Part shown: piece by piece, positions 10,152 to 18,919 of the stretch
Layout of the letters: each line of letters starts with the position of its first letter
Numbering within the stretch: position 1 is the first letter of the stretch
Origin: a virus
DNA length: 64,000 nucleotides
Reading direction: 5' to 3' (one strand)
Virus record (IMG/VR): IMGVR_UViG_3300047160_002873
Location: 6,173 to 70,172 of that record
Notes under the pieces: generated by a model
Databases searched by the model: none
What the model was told of the DNA's origin: nothing
Seen by the model: the letters and a program-made list of their open reading frames with translations, nothing else
Program-made: the position numbers and the translations under genes

Positions 10152-10663
10152 GCGCTCTTCCCCGCGTTTTTTTCCAGCTGCTTCGGGGTGACGTCGATGA
10201 GGGTAGCAGCTGCATTGAGCACATCCCACTTCGACTGTTGGAACTCCTTGCGCCCCATGGCGACGACGCTCTGGGACTGGGCGACATATTTGAGGATCAC
10301 CCGGCCGCGGACTACGATCGTCGCCGCGGGGTCGAGAGGAGCCATGAAAGCCGCCACAGTTGCTGCATCACGCACTGTGTCGCAGACCACCTCACTGAGA
10401 TGGAAGTAGCCACACTCCACCAGAAGCTTCTTCCGGAAGATGTCTTCGGTGGGGTACTTGGCATCGAGCTTCTCCGGGAGGTTACGCCACGCCTCTTTCA
10501 GCTGGGCGAAGTAGTGCCGGTGGCTATTCATGTCCCGCTCCTGTTCGGGATCGAGCATGAACACCTCGCCGACACCAAAGAAGTTCTTGCAGTAGTTCAG
10601 ATCGCGGTTCTCCGGCACGAATGACTTTCCGGTCCAGATCGCATGGATGGGGCGCCGGTTCAT
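10148..10663 (-). CDS. NinB/DUF1367-like recombination accessory protein
   Basis: R..SHRHYFA...S.S...M.RKEFQ pattern; lies next to the exonuclease. Confidence 0.5.
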   Translation of the reverse strand: MNRRPIHAIWTGKSFVPENRDLNYCKNFFGVGEVFMLDPEQERDMNSHRHYFAQLKEAWRNLPEKLDAKYPTEDIFRKKLLVECGYFHLSEVVCDTVRDAATVAAFMAPLDPAATIVVRGRVILKYVAQSQSVVAMGRKEFQQSKWDVLNAAATLIDVTPKQLEKNAGKSA

Positions 10664-11274
10664 AGATATGTCCTCAGGTGAGCGACCAGCTGGTCTATCT
10701 CTTGGTTGAAGTAGTCCAATTCACGGCGGAGGTTGGCCATGAAAGGTTCGTCACGCTCGATCCGGGTGACGGACTGTGGCAGCCCGGGAGAGCCGATCAC
10801 GAGATCGCACCACCGCCGGCCAGTGATCCAGAGGCAGCCCTGTATCTGGGCCTTGTGCTCTGACAAGGGGGCCTTCCCGGTTTCGAATATCTCGACCAGC
10901 AGGTCTGGCGCGGTCGACTTCACCTCGACCATACCCTCGGTGCCGACCAGCCCGTCAGGGCTGCAGCCAGTACGCATCAGCGTCGATCGCAGGAAGCCCA
11001 CGGTCTCGACGTTGACGTCGGCATCGAACGCATACTTGGCGCGCAGTACATCTTCCTGCTTTTTGCCACGGTCCATGGCTGCGTTGGTGAACGTCTCCAT
11101 GGTGATGTTGGAGACGATCTCAGCTGCCAGCTGGCGCCGGTACTTGGCGCGCATCTTTCCCTGCCCCTGAGCGAGCATGTCAGGGAATCGACTGGCGGTC
11201 GGGAGGCCACGACGTGCCTCGTGCCACTCGGGGCTGCCCTGCTCGCATTCGATGATCGTGTAGCGTGCTGTCAT
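10660..11274 (-). CDS. YqaJ/lambda-type exonuclease
   Basis: EQGSPEWHEARRGLPTAS, GCSPDGLV, EVKS, QIQGCLW motifs. Confidence 0.9.
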   Translation of the reverse strand: MTARYTIIECEQGSPEWHEARRGLPTASRFPDMLAQGQGKMRAKYRRQLAAEIVSNITMETFTNAAMDRGKKQEDVLRAKYAFDADVNVETVGFLRSTLMRTGCSPDGLVGTEGMVEVKSTAPDLLVEIFETGKAPLSEHKAQIQGCLWITGRRWCDLVIGSPGLPQSVTRIERDEPFMANLRRELDYFNQEIDQLVAHLRTYL

Positions 11275-11645
11275 TGTCTTTCCTTTAATTCTTCAGCGAC
11301 TGGTTTTGGGAACGGTTGCCAATGCGTTGGAGGCGTGTTTGAACGAGAGTTCCCCCAACAATTCAGCCTTTCATGCCAATAATCGGTACCAACTTCTGGA
11401 ATATATGGGCCATCAAATTTTGGTCGATAGACAATGATGTCTGTCCCGTCTTTTGGTGCAGTATCTATTGGTTGCCACTTCGGCTCCATCGCAGCGATGG
11501 CGACGCGGGCCAAGGCGCGGGCCAAGGCGCGATTGACTTCATCCTGTTCCTCGCTATCCCACGCAAAGCCTTCTGTCTCAGCTATCGCCCGCGCCACCCG
11601 TTCAATCATGGTCATCCCTAATTTTCCTTCACGGAAGTCTGTCAC
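11271..11645 (-). CDS. DUF551-like phage protein
   Basis: WQPIDTAPKDGT...PTHWQP motif; AT-richer segment. Confidence 0.7.
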   Translation of the reverse strand: MTDFREGKLGMTMIERVARAIAETEGFAWDSEEQDEVNRALARALARVAIAAMEPKWQPIDTAPKDGTDIIVYRPKFDGPYIPEVGTDYWHERLNCWGNSRSNTPPTHWQPFPKPVAEELKERQ

Positions 11646-13345
11646 TTGTAGCCCCCCTTTCCTGTGGCGATGTCTTTGGTGAGTCGCTTGGCAAGTTCGA
11701 TAGTCGTCAGATAGCGCTTGCCATCCTCTGTCCAGCGTTCATCGATAGAGCCAACATTGAACTCACTTTGCAGATAATGATCCAACCCCGGCACGGTGAT
11801 GGTGACGTGGTGGCCAGCCCATGTGAACTGGCGCAGGCCGCGGTACTTCATCTTCACATGGGTGCCCTTCTTGGTAGTGTAGGCACTGACGATGTGGAAG
11901 ATGCGCTTGCGCTGGCCTGTCGCTGTCACTTGAGTATTGTCGTAGTCACGATCCTTGAAGAAGTAGGCCATACGCCTGCTGTCGATGTTGAACACCGCAG
12001 TAGTGTCGCCCTTCCTCACCTGCACGCGACAGTCACCGAATTGCGAATGCTCGGCATCCTTCACAGCTTGCGTGAAGATGTGGCAGAGATGCGACTGCAC
12101 ATCGAGGCCATGCTGCGCAGCCCATTGCGCGAAGTCATCCGGAAGCCGCCAGTGCCGGTCCGGGATGTGGAAGTGTCCGATGCAGCGCTTCTTCTTGATC
12201 GGTATCCACTTGGTCTCACAGGTCCGCAGTGCCTTGATGGTCTTGCCATCCGTGCTGATGTAGATCGGAAACTCGGTGGGTACGCCCCATTTGGTTCGCT
12301 TGTCATCTGCCCGGTCCCACCACACCGTGACGGCATATATGTCACCCCCCGGCGCCAGCTGCACCTCCGGCGGCGGCTTGCTGTACTTGCGGTAGTAGAT
12401 GAACCGAGGCACGATCCACTTGCATCCCTTCTCAAACTTCTCGACCTTCGGGTTGCAGCCAAAGGCGATGCAGCCGAATGCCGGGCGGCTGACGTTGAAC
12501 ATCGGCGCCAGTGCGATCTCTTTCTTGTATCTGATGAGCTGCCGTGTTGAGAGCTTGGCTCCCATCTCCATGGTCCCAGCCATGTCCGTCGACATATACG
12601 GCAGCAGCTGCGCACCATATTCCTTGTAGAAAGCATAGGCCTCCGGGTCGTATCTCGCCATGCGCTGGATGTAGAACTCGTAGCGCTCCAGCTGCTCCAG
12701 CAGCGTGTCGCGAAAATTGAACACGCCCCATAGCTCGCTTTCCTCGTAGAGTACGAGGGGGTTGTTCTCGTCGCCATCGTAGTGGTCGGCGATCAGGTAG
12801 TGACCATCCTCACTCTCCGACATCGGCAGCGGCGGCAGTTCGTCAGGCGACGCTTCTTCCATCTCCACTTCGATCTTCGGCAAGGGCTTGGGCTCGGCCC
12901 GCGGCTTGCGCTCATGCTTCTCCGGCCGCTCTCCCTGCGGCGTGACCCATTTGTCGAACTTCATCCTTTCTCTGGCCAGCTTGCGACGCATCGCCTCTTC
13001 GGCGCGACGCTGTGCGCGTGAAGAGAACGGGCTGCCGCTGACGTAGGGCACGACCTGATCCCTGTCTGCCTTCAACACAGGCTCCGGCTCCGGCTCTGGC
13101 GGAGGCCTCGGCGCCTCGTAGCAGGCGCCAACGCGGTCGTCGTCCTCACGGCTCGATCGAGACGGTGTAGGCGGTGAGGGGTCTATTGGGCTTGCCATCC
13201 GGACGGAGGGGGACGGCCTCAGAGATCGTCTGCCAGTAGACCATGGCCTCTCTAGCGTCTGGAAACTCCTTTGCGTCGCCGCGACGAGTCGTGACCACGA
13301 GGTCGCCACGCCCTTCATGAGCATCGAAGTCCATGCTTTTAACAA
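11642..13345 (-). CDS. Large hypothetical protein (true start probably downstream, near 13080 or later)
   Basis: Long ORF with globular, aromatic-rich C-terminal two-thirds; its 5' part overlaps a better ORF at 13146-13412. Confidence 0.6.
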   Translation of the reverse strand: MLKAWTSMLMKGVATSWSRLVAATQRSFQTLERPWSTGRRSLRPSPSVRMASPIDPSPPTPSRSSREDDDRVGACYEAPRPPPEPEPEPVLKADRDQVVPYVSGSPFSSRAQRRAEEAMRRKLARERMKFDKWVTPQGERPEKHERKPRAEPKPLPKIEVEMEEASPDELPPLPMSESEDGHYLIADHYDGDENNPLVLYEESELWGVFNFRDTLLEQLERYEFYIQRMARYDPEAYAFYKEYGAQLLPYMSTDMAGTMEMGAKLSTRQLIRYKKEIALAPMFNVSRPAFGCIAFGCNPKVEKFEKGCKWIVPRFIYYRKYSKPPPEVQLAPGGDIYAVTVWWDRADDKRTKWGVPTEFPIYISTDGKTIKALRTCETKWIPIKKKRCIGHFHIPDRHWRLPDDFAQWAAQHGLDVQSHLCHIFTQAVKDAEHSQFGDCRVQVRKGDTTAVFNIDSRRMAYFFKDRDYDNTQVTATGQRKRIFHIVSAYTTKKGTHVKMKYRGLRQFTWAGHHVTITVPGLDHYLQSEFNVGSIDERWTEDGKRYLTTIELAKRLTKDIATGKGGYK

Positions 13346-13412
13346 AACACCCTCCCGCGGCTGTTGGGCCTTGGTCGGCCCGCTCGACTATTTTAATTAC
13401 TGCTGGCATCAT
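13146..13412 (-). CDS. Hypothetical phage protein
   Basis: 88 aa; ATGA overlap with erf; C-terminal PLRPDGKPNRPLTAYTV. Confidence 0.6.
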   Translation of the reverse strand: MMPAVIKIVERADQGPTAAGGCFVKSMDFDAHEGRGDLVVTTRRGDAKEFPDAREAMVYWQTISEAVPLRPDGKPNRPLTAYTVSIEP

Positions 13413-14275
13413 TTGAACTCGTTTTTCGGCAGCGGGGTGTCGCCCGGGAAGTCAGACTTCGCCGGCTTTCCCTTCTGCTCCAGTTTGCGGGTCAGCTGCT
13501 CGACAGCCTCATCGAAGCGATCGGCAGGTATCTGCGGGACGGTCTCTGCCTTGAACAGCGCAAGGAAGCGAGCAGTGTCGGCGCCCGATTCGTGGATCAG
13601 CTTGTTGATGGCGAGCACCTGATCCTTGTCGATCAGCATGGAGCCTCGCACCCGGGAGGCGTCGTCATCCTCGCCGCGGGTGACGATGTTCAGCAGCATG
13701 CCGGCAGTGTATCGTTTGCCATAGCTGGTCGTGCTGCCGACAGCCTGCACAGGGTTCTTGGACCCGGTGGAGTCATGCTGCAGGATCATCGTGGTGTCTT
13801 CCCGGTGGCCGGCGCGCGCCAGTATGGCGGTCACCATGATGCGACCGTCCGGAGCCTGCCCGACGCGGAATGAAAGCGAGAAATTGTGCTTGCGCAGCAG
13901 CGGCCTCAAGACATCCATGATGTCTTCCCACTTGGCGAAAGGCGTCTTCTGCTCGATCGGCCCAGTGCGATCACCGGTCTTCGGGTCTTTTCTCCGGATG
14001 ACGATACTGCCCTTCCTATCAATCTCAGGAAGCTCAGCCTGCAGCTGCGCCAAGGCATTGTCGTAACCTATCTTGGCGGCGCGCGCCTCCATGTCAGCCT
14101 GCAGCTGCACCAGCTGCGTCATCTTGGCGACGTCGACGCGCGGGTTCGCCGCGGCTGCCACAATGGCATTGAGTATCTGAGTTGAGGTGTCGAGCACCTC
14201 GACCCTCGGGGCCCTGATCCTGTGGGGCACCAATTCCTGATGCCGTGCTACGGTCTTCGCTGCCCTCTTAGCCAT
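13409..14275 (-). CDS. erf: ERF-family single-strand annealing protein
   Basis: FAKWEDI..LRPLL, QAVGSTTSYGKRY...EDDD ERF signature; paired with the YqaJ exonuclease; GGAGG RBS. Confidence 0.9.
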   Translation of the reverse strand: MAKRAAKTVARHQELVPHRIRAPRVEVLDTSTQILNAIVAAAANPRVDVAKMTQLVQLQADMEARAAKIGYDNALAQLQAELPEIDRKGSIVIRRKDPKTGDRTGPIEQKTPFAKWEDIMDVLRPLLRKHNFSLSFRVGQAPDGRIMVTAILARAGHREDTTMILQHDSTGSKNPVQAVGSTTSYGKRYTAGMLLNIVTRGEDDDASRVRGSMLIDKDQVLAINKLIHESGADTARFLALFKAETVPQIPADRFDEAVEQLTRKLEQKGKPAKSDFPGDTPLPKNEFK

Positions 14276-14568
14276 GCTTCGCCTCCTATCTTTTCATATC
14301 TGTCTGCGATCTCGATCGCGGTTTCGCGGCTGATAACAACGAGGGCACCGCCGCATATGCCTCCCTGCAATTGACTACGGAAGAACATCCACAAAGGGTC
14401 CGTGTCGACGCTGCCCGGGATGAAGTTCAGGAACCCTTTCCCGCACGCGTCGCAAATGATGACCTGCCCCGGATACGTCTCTTTCCCGAGGGGAATGAGC
14501 GTGAAGGTATCTTTTTCGATCTCTTCGGGTGTGCCGATTCCAGCTTCCGGAACTTCTTGGCGAGCCAT
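14248..14568 (-). CDS. Hypothetical CxxC protein overlapping both neighbours
   Basis: 106 aa with CDACG; protein-like composition, but 142 nt overlap with the HNH-like gene. Confidence 0.4.
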   Translation of the reverse strand: MARQEVPEAGIGTPEEIEKDTFTLIPLGKETYPGQVIICDACGKGFLNFIPGSVDTDPLWMFFRSQLQGGICGGALVVISRETAIEIADRYEKIGGEAWLRGQRRP

Positions 14569-14936
14569 GTGTCTGAGCCCTTTCCTGTGACTGTGCGCTC
14601 GGCGTCAGGTCGACGCCCGACAGACTTAAAAAGGTGCCCCAGCTTGCTGCGATAAACAAGAAACCGAGGGTCATTAGCATCAGGTATGTAGCGCCCTGTA
14701 CGGCGAGACCTTTTTCGAAGAACCAAAGCCGGATCATGATCCAGTTCATAGGCCTCCCCGTGGAATAGGAACTCAAGCAGCCATCTGATCTTGCCCGTCA
14801 GGGTACGATCCCCGCATGAGACGTTGTAGTAATCCCGATCGCACTCTAGTTCGAGAGGGCTGCGGTCTCGATCGACAAAGGCCTGCCGTTCGAGAACGGC
14901 AAGCCTCACCTTGAGCGGAATGTACGGACGCTTCAC
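14427..14936 (-). CDS. HNH-like endonuclease
   Basis: YELDHDPAL...AND...H..K pattern and basic KIPSRSF tail. Confidence 0.55.
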   Translation of the reverse strand: MKRPYIPLKVRLAVLERQAFVDRDRSPLELECDRDYYNVSCGDRTLTGKIRWLLEFLFHGEAYELDHDPALVLRKRSRRTGRYIPDANDPRFLVYRSKLGHLFKSVGRRPDAERTVTGKGSDTWLAKKFRKLESAHPKRSKKIPSRSFPSGKRRIRGRSSFATRAGKGS

Positions 14937-15826
14937 TAGCGGGTGACCCCCTTGTTGCGGAAGCCAACCTCGGCGCCGGGCAGCTGTCTGACGTGGCCGG
15001 TCGACTTGGCCCAGCCGCGCAGCGCCTTGTCCAGTTCGAAGTCAGTGAAGAACGGGCGCAGCGCTTCCAGATCGAGCACTGCCCGGTCGGTCACGAAGGC
15101 ATAGCCCTCGCGAGCGGTGGTGAGCAGCACCCCATTGTCTTGGCTGCGAACCCGGCTTAGATCGGCCGGCTTCACCAGCGTGGCGAGGCGGGCTTCCTCA
15201 GCCTGCTCGGAAGCGAGCGCCGCCTGATGGCGTGCGAGAGCCTCCTGCTCGGCCTTTGCGGCTGCTTCGTTGGCACGCTCCAGCTTGGTGGCTTCGGACC
15301 GGGCACGAGCCACGGCACGTTCAGCCTCCTCAGCTGCCAGACGAAGCTTGGCCAAGCGGGCCTGCTCTTCCCGGGCCAGCCGGGCAGCCTCAAGCCGCTC
15401 CCGCTCAAGCCGCGCCTTTTCCTCGGCGATCTTGGCGTCCTGCCAGATGTTGATCCTGTCCTGCAGGATGTCGATAGCGCCGGGTTTAACCGAGCGGTCA
15501 TTCTTCCTGCGCCGGACGATACGGTCCCGGAGCGAGTGGAAGAAATTGTCGACGGCATTGCCGGCCCGCAAATAGGGCTGCTTCTCGGACTCCCGGTGGG
15601 ACTCCAAGCGGGTGTCGAGGTCGCGCAGCTGCTTGATGGTGGCACCCAGCAGGAGGGCGGTATTGTCCGAATCGACGATCGTCGGCAGCTTCTCGGCGTC
15701 AGCCAGCAGCTGTTCGACGTTCTCGACGGACTGTCCATAGTCGATGGCGAGGCGGTCGGCCACGATCTGGGCCTGATCTACGCCTTGATTGTCTCCGATG
15801 GATGCGCGGGGATTAAGGTTGGTCAA
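14936..15826 (-). CDS. Coiled-coil phage protein
   Basis: IGDN N-terminal motif, long E/A/R heptads, C-terminal LPGAEV; TTG start after GGAG. Confidence 0.65.
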   Translation of the reverse strand: MTNLNPRASIGDNQGVDQAQIVADRLAIDYGQSVENVEQLLADAEKLPTIVDSDNTALLLGATIKQLRDLDTRLESHRESEKQPYLRAGNAVDNFFHSLRDRIVRRRKNDRSVKPGAIDILQDRINIWQDAKIAEEKARLERERLEAARLAREEQARLAKLRLAAEEAERAVARARSEATKLERANEAAAKAEQEALARHQAALASEQAEEARLATLVKPADLSRVRSQDNGVLLTTAREGYAFVTDRAVLDLEALRPFFTDFELDKALRGWAKSTGHVRQLPGAEVGFRNKGVTR

Positions 15827-15827
15827 T

Positions 15828-15923
15828 TTAGGCTCCCATTAGTTTGGCGATGAAAATGATGATAACAGTGACGAAAGCGGCCTGCGCGACGCACAGGCCG
15901 ATATCGAAAAGGATGCTACGCAT
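15828..15923 (-). CDS. 31 aa hydrophobic peptide
   Basis: Hand translation MRSILFDIGLCVAQAAFVTVIIIFIAKLMGA fills the gap between two minus-strand genes. Confidence 0.5.
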   Translation of the reverse strand: MRSILFDIGLCVAQAAFVTVIIIFIAKLMGA

Positions 15924-16137
15924 TCTCGACGTGGATACGGTAGAGGTGGGCTTTGCTGACCAGCGTGGGGCGGTTGGACTGCCCCTTGCGGTTGGCCTTG
16001 CGGGTGAAGGTGTCGGTGGCGCGGTTATACTTCATCTCGATACCGAGCCAGACGTGGGCGAGATCGGCAGAACCGGTTTCGCGGACCTGCCAGAAGCGGT
16101 TGTCAGTGGTCTCAATGATAGTGATCGGGAAGTCCAT
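15916..16137 (-). CDS. Hypothetical protein, first gene of the leftward operon
   Basis: GGAGCATC RBS motif before ATG 16137; downstream of the leftward promoter. Confidence 0.65.
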   Translation of the reverse strand: MDFPITIIETTDNRFWQVRETGSADLAHVWLGIEMKYNRATDTFTRKANRKGQSNRPTLVSKAHLYRIHVENA

Positions 16138-16176
16138 TCCGTGATGCTCCATCGAGCCCCTGCGGCTCGTGTGCTG

Positions 16177-16236
16177 TACTTAGCGATTCGCGAGACCATT
16201 GTCAACGGGGCGTTGACCTGCTAGGGGTTATCCACA
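16177..16236 (-). promoter_or_regulatory. Leftward sigma70 promoter with GTCAAC-N5-GTTGAC palindrome, CGATTCG site and DnaA box
   Basis: TTGACA (16205-16200), 17 nt spacer, TAAGTA; palindrome 16201-16217; CGATTCG 16184-16190; TTATCCACA 16228-16236. Confidence 0.7.
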
Positions 16237-16458
16237 ATGAAAAAACACCGGACGAAACCAAAACACCCATCCGACGAGGAGGCTTACCACTGGCTTCTCT
16301 CGGTGGAGGGGCTGACCAAAAGCCAGCTGGCGCGAATTGTGGGGGTCAGGAAGCAAGCCGTCACCAGATGGACGGCGGTGCCGCTGAAATATGTCCGCGT
16401 CATTCATGAAACCACTGGCATTCCCAAGAAAAGGCTGCGACCATCGGACTTCTCGTAA
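16237..16458 (+). CDS. Cro/YdaS-like HTH transcriptional regulator
   Basis: SQLARIVGVRKQAVTRW..VP...I...TGIP...LRP.DF pattern at the divergence point. Confidence 0.8.
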   Translation: MKKHRTKPKHPSDEEAYHWLLSVEGLTKSQLARIVGVRKQAVTRWTAVPLKYVRVIHETTGIPKKRLRPSDFS

Positions 16459-16561
16459 TTCGTGGCCCCCAGTTCACCCCCGAGCAAAGGCCGCGATAGG
16501 GGCCCGGTAGTTGAACCCCCTCTGCCGGGCTCCGCTCACCCCATCACAAACGGAGCAGGAC

Positions 16562-17230
16562 ATGCGAAAGGGATCAAAGAAAGGCAAGCCCAATGGCAAG
16601 CCGACAAAGAGGATGGACAAGGCGCCTGAGGTAGCGGTGAGGCGCCGCGGCAGCAATGCCAACGAGGAGAGCAAGGCATTGTTTCTCGACCATCACCTGC
16701 CGAAGATAGCGCGGCTCCGGGAGCTAGCAGCGACGGCGCAGGCCAATCTTCGCAACGGGTATAAGACAGCCAAGAAGGATGGGTTCTTACAGCGCGACTT
16801 CGACGTCGCCTTCCGGCTCAAGACGCAGACCGGGGAGAAGCAGATCAAGGCCGAGATCGCCCGCGACATGACAATCGCAAAATGGCTGGGCTATTCGCTC
16901 GGCAAGCAGCTGGACCTTTTCGTTGAGGCTGAGGAGCACGACATCGAGGCGCAGGCCTATGCCGATGGCGAGGAAGCGAGCCGCACCAACAAGCCGGCCT
17001 CGCCGATCTACGCCCCGCAGACACCCGGCTATGATGCCTACATGAGTGGCTTCCACGATCATCAGGAGACGATCGTGAAGGAGGCCAATACCAAGCAACC
17101 GGTCACCGCGACGGTGGCCTCTGGCGTCGCCATGACGCGCAGCCAGTTCAAGGCTCAGCAGGCGACCAAGCGTGCGGCTGATGCGGCTGAGGAACGCAGC
17201 ATATTCAGCAAGCGTGCGCCGGCTGAATGA
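16562..17230 (+). CDS. GapR/DUF2312-like DNA-binding protein with RMF-like C-terminal motif
   Basis: LRNGYKTAKKDGF...QLDLF, then AYADG..A......Y.P.....AY.SGF; GGAGCAGGA RBS. Confidence 0.5.
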   Translation: MRKGSKKGKPNGKPTKRMDKAPEVAVRRRGSNANEESKALFLDHHLPKIARLRELAATAQANLRNGYKTAKKDGFLQRDFDVAFRLKTQTGEKQIKAEIARDMTIAKWLGYSLGKQLDLFVEAEEHDIEAQAYADGEEASRTNKPASPIYAPQTPGYDAYMSGFHDHQETIVKEANTKQPVTATVASGVAMTRSQFKAQQATKRAADAAEERSIFSKRAPAE

Positions 17231-17709
17231 TTGTCGCGATCGACCCCGGGATACGTGGGGCTGCCGCCGCTCTCCTCGGCGGCACCTTCACGAGTGTCAT
17301 CGACCTTCCGGTAGTGCAGGTTGGCAAGAGGACCGAGATCGATATCGAAGCTTTGGAGAGCTGGCTCGTAGGCATAATGCCAACTCGCATCGTGATCGAG
17401 AACGTGCACTCGATGCCAAGGGAGGGCGCGGTCGGCGCCTTTCGCTTCGGTGTCGCGGTTGGCATTATCCGCGCTTTGGCCACCATCATTGGCGACGAGG
17501 TCGAGCTGGTCGAGCCTCATGTCTGGAAGCGTTATTTCGATCTGCTAGGTACCGACAAGGATCATTCTCTCGAATTGGCTCGTGTGCTCTGGCCGCAGCA
17601 TTGGCATAGTCTGCTGACGCGAGTTAAGGACACTCACCGTGCAGAGGCGATGCTGATGGCATGGTGGGCCGTCCGTCCTGCAGTCGGGAAGAACTGGCAC
17701 CGTGCTTGA
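17227..17709 (+). CDS. RuvC-like Holliday junction resolvase
   Basis: IDPG, IE, FRFG, VEPHVWKR, D.HRAEA motifs. Confidence 0.85.
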   Translation: MIVAIDPGIRGAAAALLGGTFTSVIDLPVVQVGKRTEIDIEALESWLVGIMPTRIVIENVHSMPREGAVGAFRFGVAVGIIRALATIIGDEVELVEPHVWKRYFDLLGTDKDHSLELARVLWPQHWHSLLTRVKDTHRAEAMLMAWWAVRPAVGKNWHRA

Positions 17710-18316
17710 TGGGCTGCCATACAACCACTTCGCCTGTGTCCATGCTGACGTGCCGTGGCAGTTCGACAGCTGGTCTCCGGCTGGCGAGGAACGCAGTGCC
17801 CAGCATCACTATCCCTGCATGTCGGATCGCGACATAGCCCGGCTCCCGGTACTCCGGCATGTGGCGCGCGACAGTCACCTGTTCTTCTGGGTGACCGGGC
17901 CTATGCTCGTGAAAGGCCGGCACATCCGCATCATGCGCAGCTGGGGGTTCGAGCCGACCGCGGTCGCCTTCGTCTGGATCAAGCTGAACGATCGCTGGCA
18001 TCCCCACTGGCTGGGCTACATCGAGGATGCAATCACCTTTATGGGGCTTGGTCACACCACCCGACAGAACGCAGAACTGTGTTTGCTGGGCCGCAGGGGC
18101 TCGCCTATGCGTTTATCCAAGTCGGTGCGGCAAGTGATGTTCGGTCCCGTCAGGGAGCACAGCCGGAAGCCTGAGGAGGTTTACAGCCGCATCACACAAT
18201 ATTGCTCGGGTCCGCGGCTCGATCTCTTCGGCCGGCAGAGCCGACCGGGATGGACGGTAACCGGGAACCAATCCACGCTCTTCGACAAAAAAGTGCTTAG
18301 CGGAGGGGGTATCTAA
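17702..18316 (+). CDS. MT-A70 family N6-adenine methyltransferase
   Basis: ADVPW (DPPW-like), HYPCM, LFFWVT, WGF, FVWIK, GLGHTTRQNAE, EHSRKP, DLFGR, GW...GNQ. Confidence 0.9.
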   Translation: MLDGLPYNHFACVHADVPWQFDSWSPAGEERSAQHHYPCMSDRDIARLPVLRHVARDSHLFFWVTGPMLVKGRHIRIMRSWGFEPTAVAFVWIKLNDRWHPHWLGYIEDAITFMGLGHTTRQNAELCLLGRRGSPMRLSKSVRQVMFGPVREHSRKPEEVYSRITQYCSGPRLDLFGRQSRPGWTVTGNQSTLFDKKVLSGGGI

Positions 18317-18319
18317 TGG

Positions 18320-18900
18320 GGGGAGGGGTGGACGTCAGTACACACGTCCGCGCGAACGAATCAGCAACAAACAGGATACGCGGAAAAAGCGTCACGACGT
18401 GTCATGACGCGTCAGTCAACACTTTGTGGACAGCAATCAGGGCTGCCCCCTAGAAATAGTGCTATGCGGTTATTCTGTTAACGCATGTAAGTTTACACTT
18501 GCATGACAGCCCGATTCGTGGATTCGTACGCAAGCGAAAGGGGCGCTCCCGGCAAGGAGGCACCCCTTTCTGAAACTGCCTAAACCTGTGACGTTTTGCA
18601 GCCGTGATGTTCACATAACATCCTCCCCCGCAAAATACAACAGGTTCCAAGGCAGCTTCGCCCATAGACTAGGCGAAAGCTCGGTCGGCGTGGGGCAAAA
18701 AGACCGGCCACGGACGTGCAGGCCAGCACGGCTCAGTCATCTGACCCTCAATGCATAGCACCGCCTCGGCGGTGGCCGCACCCGGCTGGCCTTTTGCCGG
18801 TGGTGTCGGAGGGTCACGATGACTGGGGGAGGGGGGGAAGGTGCCTACACCAGAAGGATAGTAACTAACAGTAGGAGTATGGAACTACTAGAGCCCACCA
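18320..18900. other. Non-coding structured region, candidate replication origin/leader
   Basis: No credible ORF; G-tracts at 18302-18331 and 18825-18837; several long inverted repeats; directly upstream of primase-helicase. Confidence 0.5.
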
Positions 18901-18919
18901 ACCAACAGGAGAATGAAAC

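Noticed and set aside
18466-18495. Possible CtrA box near GTTAAC
   Set aside because: No TTAA-N7-TTAA spacing; half-site only.
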